A DNA stretch of 64,000 nt from an uncultured Candidatus Rokubacteria bacterium (GCA_963789955.1 CAWBMV010000011.1:1-64000), one strand, 5' to 3'. Positions 28,277 through 39,246 are shown, counted from the stretch's first letter. Notes: generated from the letters alone by a model not told the origin. Made by a program: numbers and translations.

Positions 28277-29752
28277 ATGGCGTCTTGGCTTACAACGAGC
28301 ACGAGGGCGGCCACCCGTTGCGTCATGATCATCTTTTTCGCCATGGCGACCGGCGGTGCGCTTATGACACCCTCGGCGCCCGACGCCGGGGACGGTGAGC
28401 GGGAGGGAGCAAGCGCCCAGGTTACCGTCAGGAACGAGTCCGGTCTTGCCCGGACCATCAACGTCGCCGGCTTTCCCGTCGTCGCGGTCACGAATCCGTT
28501 TTTCCAGGACCTAGGCATCAACCGCCGGCGATGCGTCACGTGCCACCAGCCCGACAACAACATGACGGTCACGCCCGAGAGCATTCGAGCGCGCTTCGAA
28601 GCGACGAACGGCCACGATCCGATCTTCCGGACGAACGACGGATCGAACTCGCCACGAGCCGACGTTTCCAGCGTCGAGGCGCGGCGCGAGGCGTACAGCA
28701 TGCTGCTCACCAAGGGCCTCATCCGCGTCGGCCTGCCCATCCCGGAGGGTGCCGAGTTCGAGCTGGTGGATGTTCACGATCCCTATGGCTTCGCCAGCGC
28801 GACCGAGCTATCGCTGTTCCGGCGGCCCCTGCCTTCGACGAATCTCGCGTTCCTCAGCACGGTGATGTGGGATGGCCGGGAGACGCTCCAGAGAGGCTCG
28901 CCGTCGGCGATTCACTTCGATCTGTCGGACCAGTCCAACAGCGCCACCACCGGTCATGCCCAGCGCCCCGCCCCGATCGCGGATGCGGTACGCGAGGCGA
29001 TCGTGGCGTACGAGATGGGACTCTTCACCGCCCAGGTGTTCGACCACGCCGCCGGAAAGTTGGACGCTCACAGCGCCGGCGGTGGCCCGGAAGAGCTCTC
29101 GCGCCAGACCTTTGTCTTCGGCGTGAACGACCCGCTCGGTTGCGACGCCAACGGTGCCAACTGCACGGGCGGCAACGCCGGCTTCGATCGCGTCGTCTTC
29201 ACGGAGTTCGACGCGTGGACGAATGTGGTCGGCCACGGCCGCAACCGCGCCCGGGCCGCGGTCGCGCGCGGCCAGGCGCTGTTCAACACGAAGACCATCC
29301 TCATCCAAGGCGTCTCGGGCATCAACGACGACTTCAACGTGATGACGGTGCCCGGCACCTGCACGGTTTGTCACGACACACCGCACGCCGGCGATCACTC
29401 CGTGCCGGCTCCACTCGACATCGGCGTCGCCGCCCCACCCGGCATCGACGGCCTGAACGAGTTCGGGCTCCCGGTCGACGACATGCCCGTGTATACGCTG
29501 CGGAAGAAGGGCACGATCGATCAGATCAAGGTCGTGACCGATCCCGGGCGCGCGCTCATCACAGGGAAGTGGAAGGACGTCGGCCGCTTCAAGGGGCCGA
29601 CCCTGCGCGGACTCGCCGGCCGAGGACCGTACTTCCACAACGGCGCGGCGGCGACGCTGCTCGACGTTGTGAACTTCTACGACCGGCGCTTCAACATCGG
29701 CCTCAGCGATCGAGAGAAGGCTGATCTGGTGGCGTTTCTCAAGTCGCTATAG
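28277..29752 (+). CDS. Di-heme cytochrome c peroxidase/MauG superfamily protein
   Basis: Two CxxCH (CVTCH, CTVCH), VMWDGR, DPGRA, FKGPTLR, PYFHNG; N-terminal hydrophobic segment. Confidence 0.85.
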   Translation: MASWLTTSTRAATRCVMIIFFAMATGGALMTPSAPDAGDGEREGASAQVTVRNESGLARTINVAGFPVVAVTNPFFQDLGINRRRCVTCHQPDNNMTVTPESIRARFEATNGHDPIFRTNDGSNSPRADVSSVEARREAYSMLLTKGLIRVGLPIPEGAEFELVDVHDPYGFASATELSLFRRPLPSTNLAFLSTVMWDGRETLQRGSPSAIHFDLSDQSNSATTGHAQRPAPIADAVREAIVAYEMGLFTAQVFDHAAGKLDAHSAGGGPEELSRQTFVFGVNDPLGCDANGANCTGGNAGFDRVVFTEFDAWTNVVGHGRNRARAAVARGQALFNTKTILIQGVSGINDDFNVMTVPGTCTVCHDTPHAGDHSVPAPLDIGVAAPPGIDGLNEFGLPVDDMPVYTLRKKGTIDQIKVVTDPGRALITGKWKDVGRFKGPTLRGLAGRGPYFHNGAAATLLDVVNFYDRRFNIGLSDREKADLVAFLKSL

Positions 29753-29773
29753 ACGAGGTGGCAGAGGTGGCTC

Positions 29774-30720
29774 ATGAGATACGGGGCTCGAACACTCGGC
29801 GTTCTCGCGCTCGTGCTCTGGCTCGCGACGCTCGGGGTGCCTTCCGCCGTCGGCGCCGCCGATGGCCAGATGACCTGGGCCATCCACGTCACGCTCGCGC
29901 CTCGCTGGCTCGATCCGGCCGAGGCCGAATCGATCACCCCGTTCATGGTTCTCTATCCGCTGCACGACGCGATCGCGAAGCCGATGCCCGCCGGGATCTC
30001 CACTCCGAGTCTCGCCGAAGGGTGGTCGATGACCCCGGATGGCCTCACCTACGAGTTCGTGCGCCGGGGCGGCGCGAAGTTCCACAACGGGGAGCCGGTG
30101 ACCGCAGATGATGTCAAGTTCTCGTTCGAGCGTTACAAGGGCAGCGGCGCAAAGCTCCTGAAAGACCGGGTCCGCGAGGTTGAGGTCGTCTCCCCCCGCC
30201 GGATCAGATTCACCTCAAGCTCCCGTGGCCGGATTTCATGACGTTCTACGGGACGACCGCGACCGGGGCCGGCTGGATCGTGCCCAAGAAATACGTCGAG
30301 CACGTCGGCGACGAAGGCTTCAAGAAGGCCCCGATCGGGGCGGGGCCGTATCGGCTCGTGCGTATTTCCTCAACGGCCCGGTGGCCGAAGACGTGCGCCG
30401 AACCCCGGGTCTTAAGCTCGTGGCAATGCGAACCTACGGAACGTTCTTCCTGGACTCCGTCGACCAGTGGGATCAGAAGTCTCCGTGGGCGGATCACCGA
30501 GTGAGACTCGCGGCGAGCTTATCGATCGACCGGAGAACGATCAATGAGGCTGAGCAGCTCGGCTTTGCCGGGCTTACCGGGAACATCGTCCCGCGGCACA
30601 TGGAGTTCGCGCTTCCCATCGACCCACACCCGTACGACCCCAAGCGCGCCAAGCAGCTCCTCGTCGACGCCGGCTACCCGAACGGCTTCGATGGCGGCGA
30701 CCTCACGCCTGCTCTCTCTG
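29774..30720 (+). pseudogene. Family 5 ABC substrate-binding protein, internally deleted, frameshifted and truncated
   Basis: PSLAEGW, KFHNGEPVTADDVKFS, PIGAGPY, YDPKRAKQLL.DAGYPNGF; far shorter than typical for the family. Confidence 0.75.
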
Positions 30721-30742
30721 CCCCCGTCTCGACTCAAGGCCT

Positions 30743-31956
30743 TCAGATCACTCGCTTCTCGCGGAGCGCCCGCACCTCGTCGGCGCTGAAGCCGGCGAGG
30801 CTGGTCAATACCGTCTCGGTGTGCTCGCCCATGAGCGGCGCTCGGCCGGCGCGACCGGCGAGTCGGACAGGCGCACCGGACAGCCGATCATCGAGAACCG
30901 GCCGCGCGTCGGGTGGTCGAGATCGACAGATCGTGCCGCGCTCGCGCAGATGCGGGTTCGGCCAGCACCTCGGCGGTGTCGAGCACCGCACCGCAGACGA
31001 TGCCGCGGCCGGCGAACGCCTTCATCACCTCGCGCTTGCTCGCGCGAGCGCGCCCAGCCCTCGAGAATCTCGGTCAGCGCCGCGGCGTTCCGGGCGCGCG
31101 CCGGCGGTGTGCAGAAGCGCTCGTCGCTTCTGCAGCTCGGGCCGGCCGATGACCTCCGTCATCGCGCTCGAACATCTCCGGGTTGTCGGGCGGCATGATC
31201 ATGTAGACGTAGTCGTTCGAGCCGTCGCCGGCGCAGCGGATCAGGTCGGCATAGCCGCCGGTCGCCGAGCGGTTGCCGGTGCGGCCGAGCGGCTTGCCGG
31301 TCGCCAGGGTCGGCGTGAACTTGACCCGGGTCAGGTTCAGCACCGCCTCCTGCATCGCCACCTCGACGAGCTGGCCCTGGCCGGTGCGGCCGCGCTGCAC
31401 GAGGGCCGCGAGGATCGCGATCGCCAGGTGCATGCCGGTGCCGCTGTCGCCGATATTGGCGCCGTTGAGCAGTCGGCGGGCCGTCCGGCCTCGCCGGTCA
31501 CGCTCATCGCGCCGGAGGTCGCCTGCGCCACCGGCTCGAAGCACTTGTAGTCGCTGTACGGACCGTAGGAGCCGAAGCCCTTGACCGAGGCATAGACGGC
31601 GCGCGGGTTCAGCTCCTTGACCGCCTCGTAGCCGAGCCCGAGCCGCTCCATCACGCCGGGGCCGAGGTTCTCGGCGACGACATCGGCCTCCTTGATCAGG
31701 CGGCGGGCGATCTCCTTGCCCTCGTCGGTCTTCAGATCGATGACGGTGCTGCGCTTGTTGCTGTTGAGCAGCAGAAAGAAATAGCTGTCGAGCCGGATTG
31801 TCCGGCGTTCCACAGCCGCCGCGCCCGGTCGCCGTGCGGCGGCCGCTCGATCTTGATCACATCGGCGCCGAGCCAGGCCAGCATCTGGGTGCAGGACGGC
31901 CCCGCCTGGTCGTGGGTGAAGTCGATGACGCGAATGCCTTCGAGCGCCTGGCTCAT
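30743..31956 (-). CDS. CaiB/BaiF class III CoA-transferase (formyl-CoA transferase-like), multiple frameshifts
   Basis: [44 protein letters not shown] (catalytic Asp), APLMGEHT. Confidence 0.85.
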
Positions 31957-31977
31957 CTTCTCTCTCCTGACTGCGCA

Positions 31978-33841
31978 TTATCGCTTCAGGCCGTCCAGCA
32001 CCTCGAGCGCGAGCTCGTACCGGCCGAGCGGCGGCATCAGATACGCGCCCTGGACGCGCTCGCGCACCGCGAACAGCATCTCGCGCGCGATCTTGACGCC
32101 CTCCTTGCGCGCGGCCTCGCCGCCCGGCGTCTTGCGCATCCGCTCGCGGATCGCCTCGGGAATCTGCATGCCGGGGACTTCGTTGTGAAGGAACTCGGCG
32201 TTCTTGTAGCTCACGAGCGGGAGCACGCCGACCAGCACGGGCATCGCCAGGTGCTCGATGCGCCGCAGCACCGTCTCGAGCAGGTCCGTCTGGAAGATCG
32301 GCTGCGTCATGACGAGCTCCGCGCCGGCCTCCCTCTTCTTCTCGAGGCGGGCGATCTCCTTGTCGAGATCCGCCGCGCCCGGCTCGAGGCCCGTCGCGAG
32401 GAGGAACGACGTCTGGCCGCCGGGCAACGGCTTGCCGGCGGGATCGACGCCGCGGTTCATGTTCGACGCCATCTGGAGCAGCCCGATCGCGTCGAGGTCG
32501 TAGACCGCGGTCGCCTCCGGGTAGTCGCCGACCTTCGGCGGATCGCCGGTGATGATCACGAGGTTCCGGATGCCGATGGCGTGCGCGCCGAGGAGGTGCG
32601 CCATCTGCGCGAGCAGGTTCCGGTCGCGGCCGCACACGTGGAGGATCGGCTGGATGCCGTAGCGCCCCAGCAGCAGCGAGCAGAACGCGAGGTTCGACAT
32701 GCGCGCCATCGCGCGCGGCGCGTCGGCGACGTTCACGATGTCGACGCCGCTGTCGAGCAGCATCTTCGCGCCCGCGAGCGCCTTGGACGGATCGAGGCCC
32801 GGCGCCGGATTCACCTCGACGGAGACCACGAACGCCCCCGCCGCGATCTTCGCGGCGAAGGCACTCCGCTCGGCGAGCGGCGTGGGCTCGAGGACCGTCG
32901 ACCGGCTCCGCGGTCCTCACCGCGCGCACTCGCGCGACGTCGGCGCGCTGGTCGCCGAGCATGCGCCCGGACTTCGCCATCCAGCGGACGTGCTCGGGCG
33001 TCGTGCCGCAGCAGCCGCCGATCATCGTGGCGCCGATCTGGATCGTGCGGCGCGCGAAGACGTCGAAGTACTCGGGCGTCGCCATGTAGAGGAGGCGGCC
33101 GTCGACGGTGCGCGGCAGCCCGGCGTTCGGCTGCACGCAGAGCGGCAGATCCGACGACGCGCATGCGCTCGGCGATGGCGAGCGCGAGCTGCGGGCCGTC
33201 GCCGCAGTTCACGCCGATCGCCGTCCGCGCCCCAGTCGCGCAGCGTCGTTGCGACGTGCTCGGGCGTCGACCCGTCGGCGACTGTCTCGCTCGGGTCGAA
33301 GGTCATGGACGCGATGATCGGCGTGTCGGGCGCGCCGCGGCGCGCCGCTTCGATCGCGATGCGAATCTCCTCGAGGTGCCGGAACGTCTCGAGCACGAGC
33401 ACGTCCGCACCGCCCTCGACGAGCGCCGCGGCCTGCTCGGCGAAGGTGGCGGCGGCCAGGTCGAGCTCGGCCTGCGTCGCGACGCCGGGGACGAGCCCGG
33501 TAGGTCCGATCGAGCCGCCGACCCACACGTCCTCGCCGGCCGCCTGGCGCGCGAGTCGCGCGCCCGCGAGGTTGAAGGCGCGCACCTGGTCGCCGAGGCC
33601 GTGGCGGTCGAGGCGGAAGCAGTTCGCGCCGTACGTGTTGGTCTCGATGACCTTCGCGCCGGCGCTGACGTAGTCCTCGTGGATCTTCGGCGACGACGTC
33701 CGGCCGGGTGACGTTGAGCTGCTCGAAGTTCTGCGTGACGAAGACGCCGCGCTCGTAGAGCAGCGAGCCCATCGCGCCGTCGAACACGAGGAGCGAGCGC
33801 ATCGCCTCGCGAAAGGGCGTGTCCCGCCGCGTTGGCCTCAT
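31978..33841 (-). CDS. yitJ: Bifunctional homocysteine S-methyltransferase/methylenetetrahydrofolate reductase, multiple frameshifts
   Basis: FDGAMG, NCG, QPNAGLP, GGCCGTTPEH; VSVEV.P, CGRDRNL, TGDPP, TQP, HNEVPG. Confidence 0.85.
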
Positions 33842-33920
33842 ACAGCTATGCTACCGCGCGAGGTGCGGCATGCGCCGCTCCTACGTCGAGGCGCGTCCCA
33901 TGCGGACGCGCTCGCGGCTC

Positions 33921-35276
33921 TCACCGTACGGTCGAGCTCCTCCACGCGTAGAACTGCGGAAGCCCGAGGTAGACGGCGACCAGGAGCAGCGCAGCCAGCG
34001 CGAGCGCGACCGACTGCATGAGCCACATGCCCGCGATGCCCCACGGTGGCCCCCACAGGCCGCCGAAGGCGACGAGGTAGCCGCCAGTCACGCCCACCCC
34101 CCACAGCGCCGTGGCGTGGATCGCGGTGGGCGCGATCGCGAGCTTGTAGGCGCGGAGCACGAAGCTCGCGACCGTCTGCAGGGCGTCGAAGAAATGGAAG
34201 GCGGCGAGATAGGGCACCAAGGTCAGCGCCGCCGCCGCGACCGCGGGGTCTCGGGTGTAGAGGCCGATGATGCCGCCGCGCAGCGTCCACACCGTGAGCA
34301 CGGTGGCGGCGGCGACGAACGCGGCGATCCGCAGCCCCGTCAGCGCCGTCTCCCGCGCTCGCCCTGGATCGCCCGCGCCGATGGCCTGGGCCGTCAAGGT
34401 TGCGGTGGCCACCGAGAGCGAGAGCGGGAGCATGAAGCACAGCGCCGCCAGGTTGGCGACCACCTGATGCCCGCCCATCACCGTCGTACCCAGACGGGCG
34501 GCGAGGAGCGTGATGGCCGTGAACGACGTCGCCTCGAGCGCGTAGGACAGGCTCATCGGAACGCCGAGCTGGAGGATCTCGCGCAGCATCGGCCAGCGCG
34601 GCCACGCCCGATGGATGACGAAGCGGCGATAGAACGGGCTGCGGTGCATGTAGCCGAAGCCCAGCACGAAGAGCACCCAGAACACGATCACCGAGGCCAG
34701 CGCGCCGCCCACGGCGCCCAGCCGGGGCACGCCGAAGCCGCCGAAGATGAGCAGGGAGCTGAGGCCTACCTTGAGCGCGAGCCCCGCGAGCTGCAGCGCC
34801 ATCACGACGTGAGGACGCGACACCGCGGTGTTGACCGCGTAGATCGCGCGGAACATGAGGCCTCCTGGCAGGGCCATCGCGAGCACGCGAAGATAGCGCG
34901 CCACGTGCGCCTCGACCTCGGGCGGCGCCTGCAGCCACGGCAGCCAGAGGCCGGCGAACAGCAGCGGGAGCACGCCGAGAGCGGACAGGAACAGCGCCAT
35001 CCACAGCCCTTGCACGTACGTCGAGCCGATCGCCACGAGGCGCCCGGCGCCGAAGTGCTGGGCGACGATGGGATTCAGCGCGCTGGTCGCGCCCATGAGC
35101 CCGACGAACACGGTCGAGTAGACGCTGAGCCCGAGGCCCATAGTGGCCAGATCCACGGGGGAGGCGCGGCCGCAGAGCACCGTATCGACCACCGCGAATG
35201 CCATCCCGGCGAACTGGCCGACGAGGATCGGTCGCGCTTGGCCTACGATGCCGCGGACAATCGACGCGCCTGGCAT
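33921..35276 (-). CDS. MATE family efflux transporter
   Basis: VDT..GR, PIVAQHFGA, LGAVGGALA, GHQV, FFDALQ..LR; about 12 TM segments. Confidence 0.9.
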   Translation of the reverse strand: MPGASIVRGIVGQARPILVGQFAGMAFAVVDTVLCGRASPVDLATMGLGLSVYSTVFVGLMGATSALNPIVAQHFGAGRLVAIGSTYVQGLWMALFLSALGVLPLLFAGLWLPWLQAPPEVEAHVARYLRVLAMALPGGLMFRAIYAVNTAVSRPHVVMALQLAGLALKVGLSSLLIFGGFGVPRLGAVGGALASVIVFWVLFVLGFGYMHRSPFYRRFVIHRAWPRWPMLREILQLGVPMSLSYALEATSFTAITLLAARLGTTVMGGHQVVANLAALCFMLPLSLSVATATLTAQAIGAGDPGRARETALTGLRIAAFVAAATVLTVWTLRGGIIGLYTRDPAVAAAALTLVPYLAAFHFFDALQTVASFVLRAYKLAIAPTAIHATALWGVGVTGGYLVAFGGLWGPPWGIAGMWLMQSVALALAALLLVAVYLGLPQFYAWRSSTVR

Positions 35277-35423
35277 GGCTCCGCGACTATAGCGTGCTCG
35301 ACCGTCGCGTCGTCGTACGCGCCGTGAAGTACCACTGAAACCCTGCGGTTGACCACCGGGCTTGCGACAGTCTAGTCTCGGCCCACCGTCCCGACCTTTA
35401 GCGGCCTAGATTCCGGAGGCGGA

Positions 35424-37823
35424 ATGCAGTGTCCCCGGTGCGAGCAGGACAATCCCTCGCATGCTGTGTTCTGTCTGAAGTGTGGTGCGCCTTTCAGGGA
35501 CGGCAGTGGCACGGGAGGATCGTACGCGGAGCTGCGGACCGAGATCGGCGCCCTTCGGCGTTCGCTGAGTGAGTCACAAGAGCAGCAAGCCGCGACCAGC
35601 GAAATTCTCCGGGTCATCGCGAGCTCACCCACGGACGTCCAGCCGGTGTTCGCGGCAATGGCAGCGAGCGCGGCCCGGCTGTGTGAGGCTCTCGATGCCG
35701 CGATCTACCGCGTCGACGGTGATGTCCTCCGTCTTGTCGCTCACGAAGGATCGATTGCTCCAGATCTCGTCCTGCCGTTGACGGACGGAACTTTGGGCGG
35801 ACGCGTCGTCGGTGAGCGAAGGGCCATTCATATCGAAGATCTGCCGGCTGAGACACACGAGTATCCGATCAGCAGTGAGTTCGCGCGTATTCGCCAATTT
35901 CGGACGATTCTCAGCGTTCCTCTACTCCACGACGGACAGGCGATAGGATTGATCGCGATCCGGCGCACCGAAATGCGACCGTTCACGGCCCGTCAAGTAG
36001 AGCTTGCCAAGACCTTCGCCGACCAGGCCGTGATCGCAATTGAAAATGTGCGGCTGTTCAATGAGACGAAGGAGGCCCTGGAGCAGCAGACGGCGACGGC
36101 CGAGATCCTCCGGGTCATCTCGAGGTCACCTACGGACGTGCAGCCGGTCTTCGACGCCATTGCTGAGAGTGCCGCCCGCTTGTGCAGTGCCAACGACGCC
36201 CAAGTACTTTTGGTCGAGGGAGACGCCCTTCGCCTCGTCGCCTCATGTGGGGCGACGTCGATGCCCCTGGTGCGTCAATTGACACGCGGACACTTGGTCG
36301 GCCGTGCAGTCATCGATCGCCGGACCATTAACGTACGGGACCGTGCCCAGTTCCTGGCGGAGTATCCCGAGACGTCCGTAGTTCGCTACGGTGTCCAGTC
36401 GGCGCTCGCGGTGCCGCTCCTACGCGACGAAGTCGCGCTCGGCGTGATCAGAATCAGCCGAACGGAAATCCGGCCTTTCACGGATAGCCAAATCGCGCTG
36501 CTCCAAACGTTCGCCGACCAAGCGGTGATCGCTATTGAGAACGTTCGGCTTTTCAAAGAGCTAGAAACACGTAATACAGAGCTTACCCATGCCTTGTCTC
36601 GACAGACGGCCACCAGCGAAATTCTGCGCGTTATCTCAGGATCGCCCACCGACGTACAGCCGGTTTTCGACACAATCATCAGAAGCGCGGTGACACTGTG
36701 TGACGGACTCTTCGGCGGCCTCGACCGATTTGACGGCGACCTGATTTATCCTGTCGCGACCTACAACTACACTCCTGAGGCGCTCGCCGCCATGCATCGC
36801 GTATTCCCCGCACGTCCGAGCCGGAGCCTCGGAGTCGGCCGCGCGATCCTCGACCGCGACGTCGTCCACATTCCCGATGTCGAGCTTGATCCAGAATATA
36901 AGATGCAGGACTTGGCAGGCACGATTGGCTTTCGCAGCGGTCTCTGTGTCCCAATGCTTCGGGATGGCGTTCCCGTCGGCGTGATCCTTGTGGGTCGCGC
37001 CGAGCCCGGACCTTTCTCCGACAATCAGATTGCGCTGCTGAAGACCTTCGCGGATCAAGCCGTGATTGCCATTGAGAATGTGCGGTTGTTCAGAGAGCTC
37101 GAAGTTGCAAACAGCGAACTGGCTGCAGCAAGTCAGCACAAGTCTGAATTCTTGGCCAACATGTCCCACGAACTGCGGACCCCTCTTAACGCAATCATCG
37201 GCTTCTCCGAAGTGCTGACTGACCGCATGTTCGGGGAGCTGAACGCGAAGCAGGACGAGTACCTGAAGGACATCAACGCCTCGGGAACCCATCTACTCTC
37301 CCTGATCAACGACATCCTCGACCTGTCCAAGATTGAAGCCGGGCGCATGGAACTGGAGTTGACGGACTTCGACCTGCCCACGGCACTGGACAACGCTTTG
37401 ATGTTGGTTCGCGAGCGTGCTCAGCGGCGGAGTCTGACGCTGCACACAGACGTGGATGCCGGGGTTGGTCAGATTCAGGGGGACGAGCGGAAGATCCGTC
37501 AGGTCGTCTTGAACCTGCTCTCCAATGCGATCAAGTTCACGCCAGAAGGCGGGCGAATTGAAGTCGCGGCTATGCCCAAGGACGGGCTGGTGGAGGTCTC
37601 CGTCAGCGATACTGGAGTGGGCATCGCCGCCGAAGATCAGGAAGCGGTGTTTGAAGAGTTCCGTCAGGTGGGGGCTGCGGACAAGAAGGCTGAGGGGACA
37701 GGCCTGGGGCTGACTCTCTGCCGGAAGTTCATCGAGCTCCACGGCGGGAAGATCTGGGTCAAGAGCCAGGTCGGCGTGGGCTCAACATTTACGTTCACGA
37801 TCCCGGTGCGCCCAGGCCAGTAA
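35424..37823 (+). CDS. Sensor histidine kinase: Zn-ribbon, 3x GAF, HisKA, HATPase
   Basis: CPRC..CLKC; three FADQAVIAIENVRLF repeats; ANMSHELRTPL, NLLSNAIKF, DTGVG, GTGLGL. Confidence 0.93.
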   Translation: MQCPRCEQDNPSHAVFCLKCGAPFRDGSGTGGSYAELRTEIGALRRSLSESQEQQAATSEILRVIASSPTDVQPVFAAMAASAARLCEALDAAIYRVDGDVLRLVAHEGSIAPDLVLPLTDGTLGGRVVGERRAIHIEDLPAETHEYPISSEFARIRQFRTILSVPLLHDGQAIGLIAIRRTEMRPFTARQVELAKTFADQAVIAIENVRLFNETKEALEQQTATAEILRVISRSPTDVQPVFDAIAESAARLCSANDAQVLLVEGDALRLVASCGATSMPLVRQLTRGHLVGRAVIDRRTINVRDRAQFLAEYPETSVVRYGVQSALAVPLLRDEVALGVIRISRTEIRPFTDSQIALLQTFADQAVIAIENVRLFKELETRNTELTHALSRQTATSEILRVISGSPTDVQPVFDTIIRSAVTLCDGLFGGLDRFDGDLIYPVATYNYTPEALAAMHRVFPARPSRSLGVGRAILDRDVVHIPDVELDPEYKMQDLAGTIGFRSGLCVPMLRDGVPVGVILVGRAEPGPFSDNQIALLKTFADQAVIAIENVRLFRELEVANSELAAASQHKSEFLANMSHELRTPLNAIIGFSEVLTDRMFGELNAKQDEYLKDINASGTHLLSLINDILDLSKIEAGRMELELTDFDLPTALDNALMLVRERAQRRSLTLHTDVDAGVGQIQGDERKIRQVVLNLLSNAIKFTPEGGRIEVAAMPKDGLVEVSVSDTGVGIAAEDQEAVFEEFRQVGAADKKAEGTGLGLTLCRKFIELHGGKIWVKSQVGVGSTFTFTIPVRPGQ

Positions 37824-37856
37824 CCGCTCGCACTCCGCTGCCAAACTCCCGGCGGT

Positions 37857-38390
37857 CTAAGTCCCTCGTCGCCCGACAAGCAGCTCAAGCGCACGGGCGT
37901 GAGGCAGGCCGGTTTGCGTGGATTTCGTGGTTTGTAAGCCGAACTCACTGAGCGCGAGCAACAACGAGTTCGCTTCATTGGGCGGGTAGTCGCGATCGTT
38001 CACAGCGAGGAAGAGCCCTCTGTCGCCGGCGTTGCCCTGAGATGCGCGGTAGACCCCTTGCGCAGGCCATTCTGCCTCAATGAAAACGTCGAGCAGGTCC
38101 CGGGCGAAGCGCACGGCTTCTTCAGACGGCACCGCCGCGATCCTGAGCTCGGCTGCCGGAAGCTGGCGCAGTCGGGCGAGAAGCTGGGTGCGTTGAATCT
38201 CCTCCAGCCGGCGATGCGTCGAGAGGTTCCACGCGTAATATCCGAACAGCGCGGTGAGCAGCGTGAGAAGCGCGGCGGCGACGTTGTAGCCGGCGTGACG
38301 ACCGATGCCGACGAGGATGATGCCGACCCCGACGACGGCGGTCACCATGCCCGCCACCATCAGCAATCGCGACGGATCATCCCAGCGCAT
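37857..38390 (-). CDS. Hypothetical membrane protein
   Basis: Two N-terminal TM helices followed by a soluble domain. Confidence 0.6.
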   Translation of the reverse strand: MRWDDPSRLLMVAGMVTAVVGVGIILVGIGRHAGYNVAAALLTLLTALFGYYAWNLSTHRRLEEIQRTQLLARLRQLPAAELRIAAVPSEEAVRFARDLLDVFIEAEWPAQGVYRASQGNAGDRGLFLAVNDRDYPPNEANSLLLALSEFGLQTTKSTQTGLPHARALELLVGRRGT

Positions 38391-38431
38391 CAGCCTCAGA
38401 TAATAACGCGTCGACCCAGGGATATGTAGGC

Positions 38432-38929
38432 TTACCTCCGCAGCGCGGTCTGCAACTGCGCCAGGTGCTCTTCGGCGTGGTCAACAATGAACGCCTCGAT
38501 CGCCTGAGCCACGGTCATCTCGCCGTGCTCGGTCGAGATACCTCGTTTGCCGCGCTCGGCCGGAGAGAGCTGCCGAATCACGCTTGCCGCCGCTCGAACT
38601 TCCTCGTGCAGCTGGCGCAGAAGGGCGTCGGGGTCGGCGCTCGCACCATGAGCAACACCCGCCAATCGCTCCGGCGACCCGGTGGTGCGCCCAAACGTCG
38701 GCGGTGTCCCGGTCGCGGTGATCAGGGTTTGGCAATGCTTCAACCAGTACGGGATCATCTCGGTCATGTGCCCGAGTGTCTGCATCGCCGACCATTCGTT
38801 CCCGCCCGGCGGCGTCCGAAGACGCAAGGCAACGCCGGCCTCCCGTAAGAGTTTCGCGACTTCTTCATGGACGCGCTCGAGTCGATTCGCCTGAACCTCG
38901 CCCGAGCCGCTCTTCGTGGGTGTAGTCAC
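38432..38929 (-). CDS. DinB family protein
   Basis: EWSAMQTLGH ... HAEEHLAQL His triad. Confidence 0.8.
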   Translation of the reverse strand: MTTPTKSGSGEVQANRLERVHEEVAKLLREAGVALRLRTPPGGNEWSAMQTLGHMTEMIPYWLKHCQTLITATGTPPTFGRTTGSPERLAGVAHGASADPDALLRQLHEEVRAAASVIRQLSPAERGKRGISTEHGEMTVAQAIEAFIVDHAEEHLAQLQTALRR

Positions 38930-39047
38930 GTCGGCCTCCGCGTCAGAAGTGAGCCGCTTCCGCTTGGCGATGGCTCGGTAGATCCAGCCACCCTCGGTGT
39001 AGGATTCTAGAGCTATCGCAGGCAGGGCTCGGCAACGCAGAAGAAAT

Positions 39048-39123
39048 TGGCTCCCCGGGCTGGGCTCGAACCAGCGACTTCCTGATTAACAGTCAGGCGC
39101 TCTACCGACTGAGCTACCGGGGA
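39048..39123 (-). tRNA. tRNA-Asn(GTT)
   Basis: TCCCCGGTAGCTCAGTCGGTAGAGC...CTGTTAA...GTTCGAGCC...GGGGAGCCA, 76 nt with encoded CCA. Confidence 0.97.
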
Positions 39124-39246
39124 ACGACCAAATTTTACCGCAGTTTTGCCGGAACCGACGATTCGGCGAACCCGCCGCGAACCGCCCGCCGCACGTGCCC
39201 CGATCGGCCGAATCACCCAGGAATTCGGTGCCCGGCGCTTGACTCT

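Noticed and set aside
35300..39047. Genomic island integrated at tRNA-Asn
   Set aside because: GC is lower, but I found no integrase and no duplicated tRNA 3' end.
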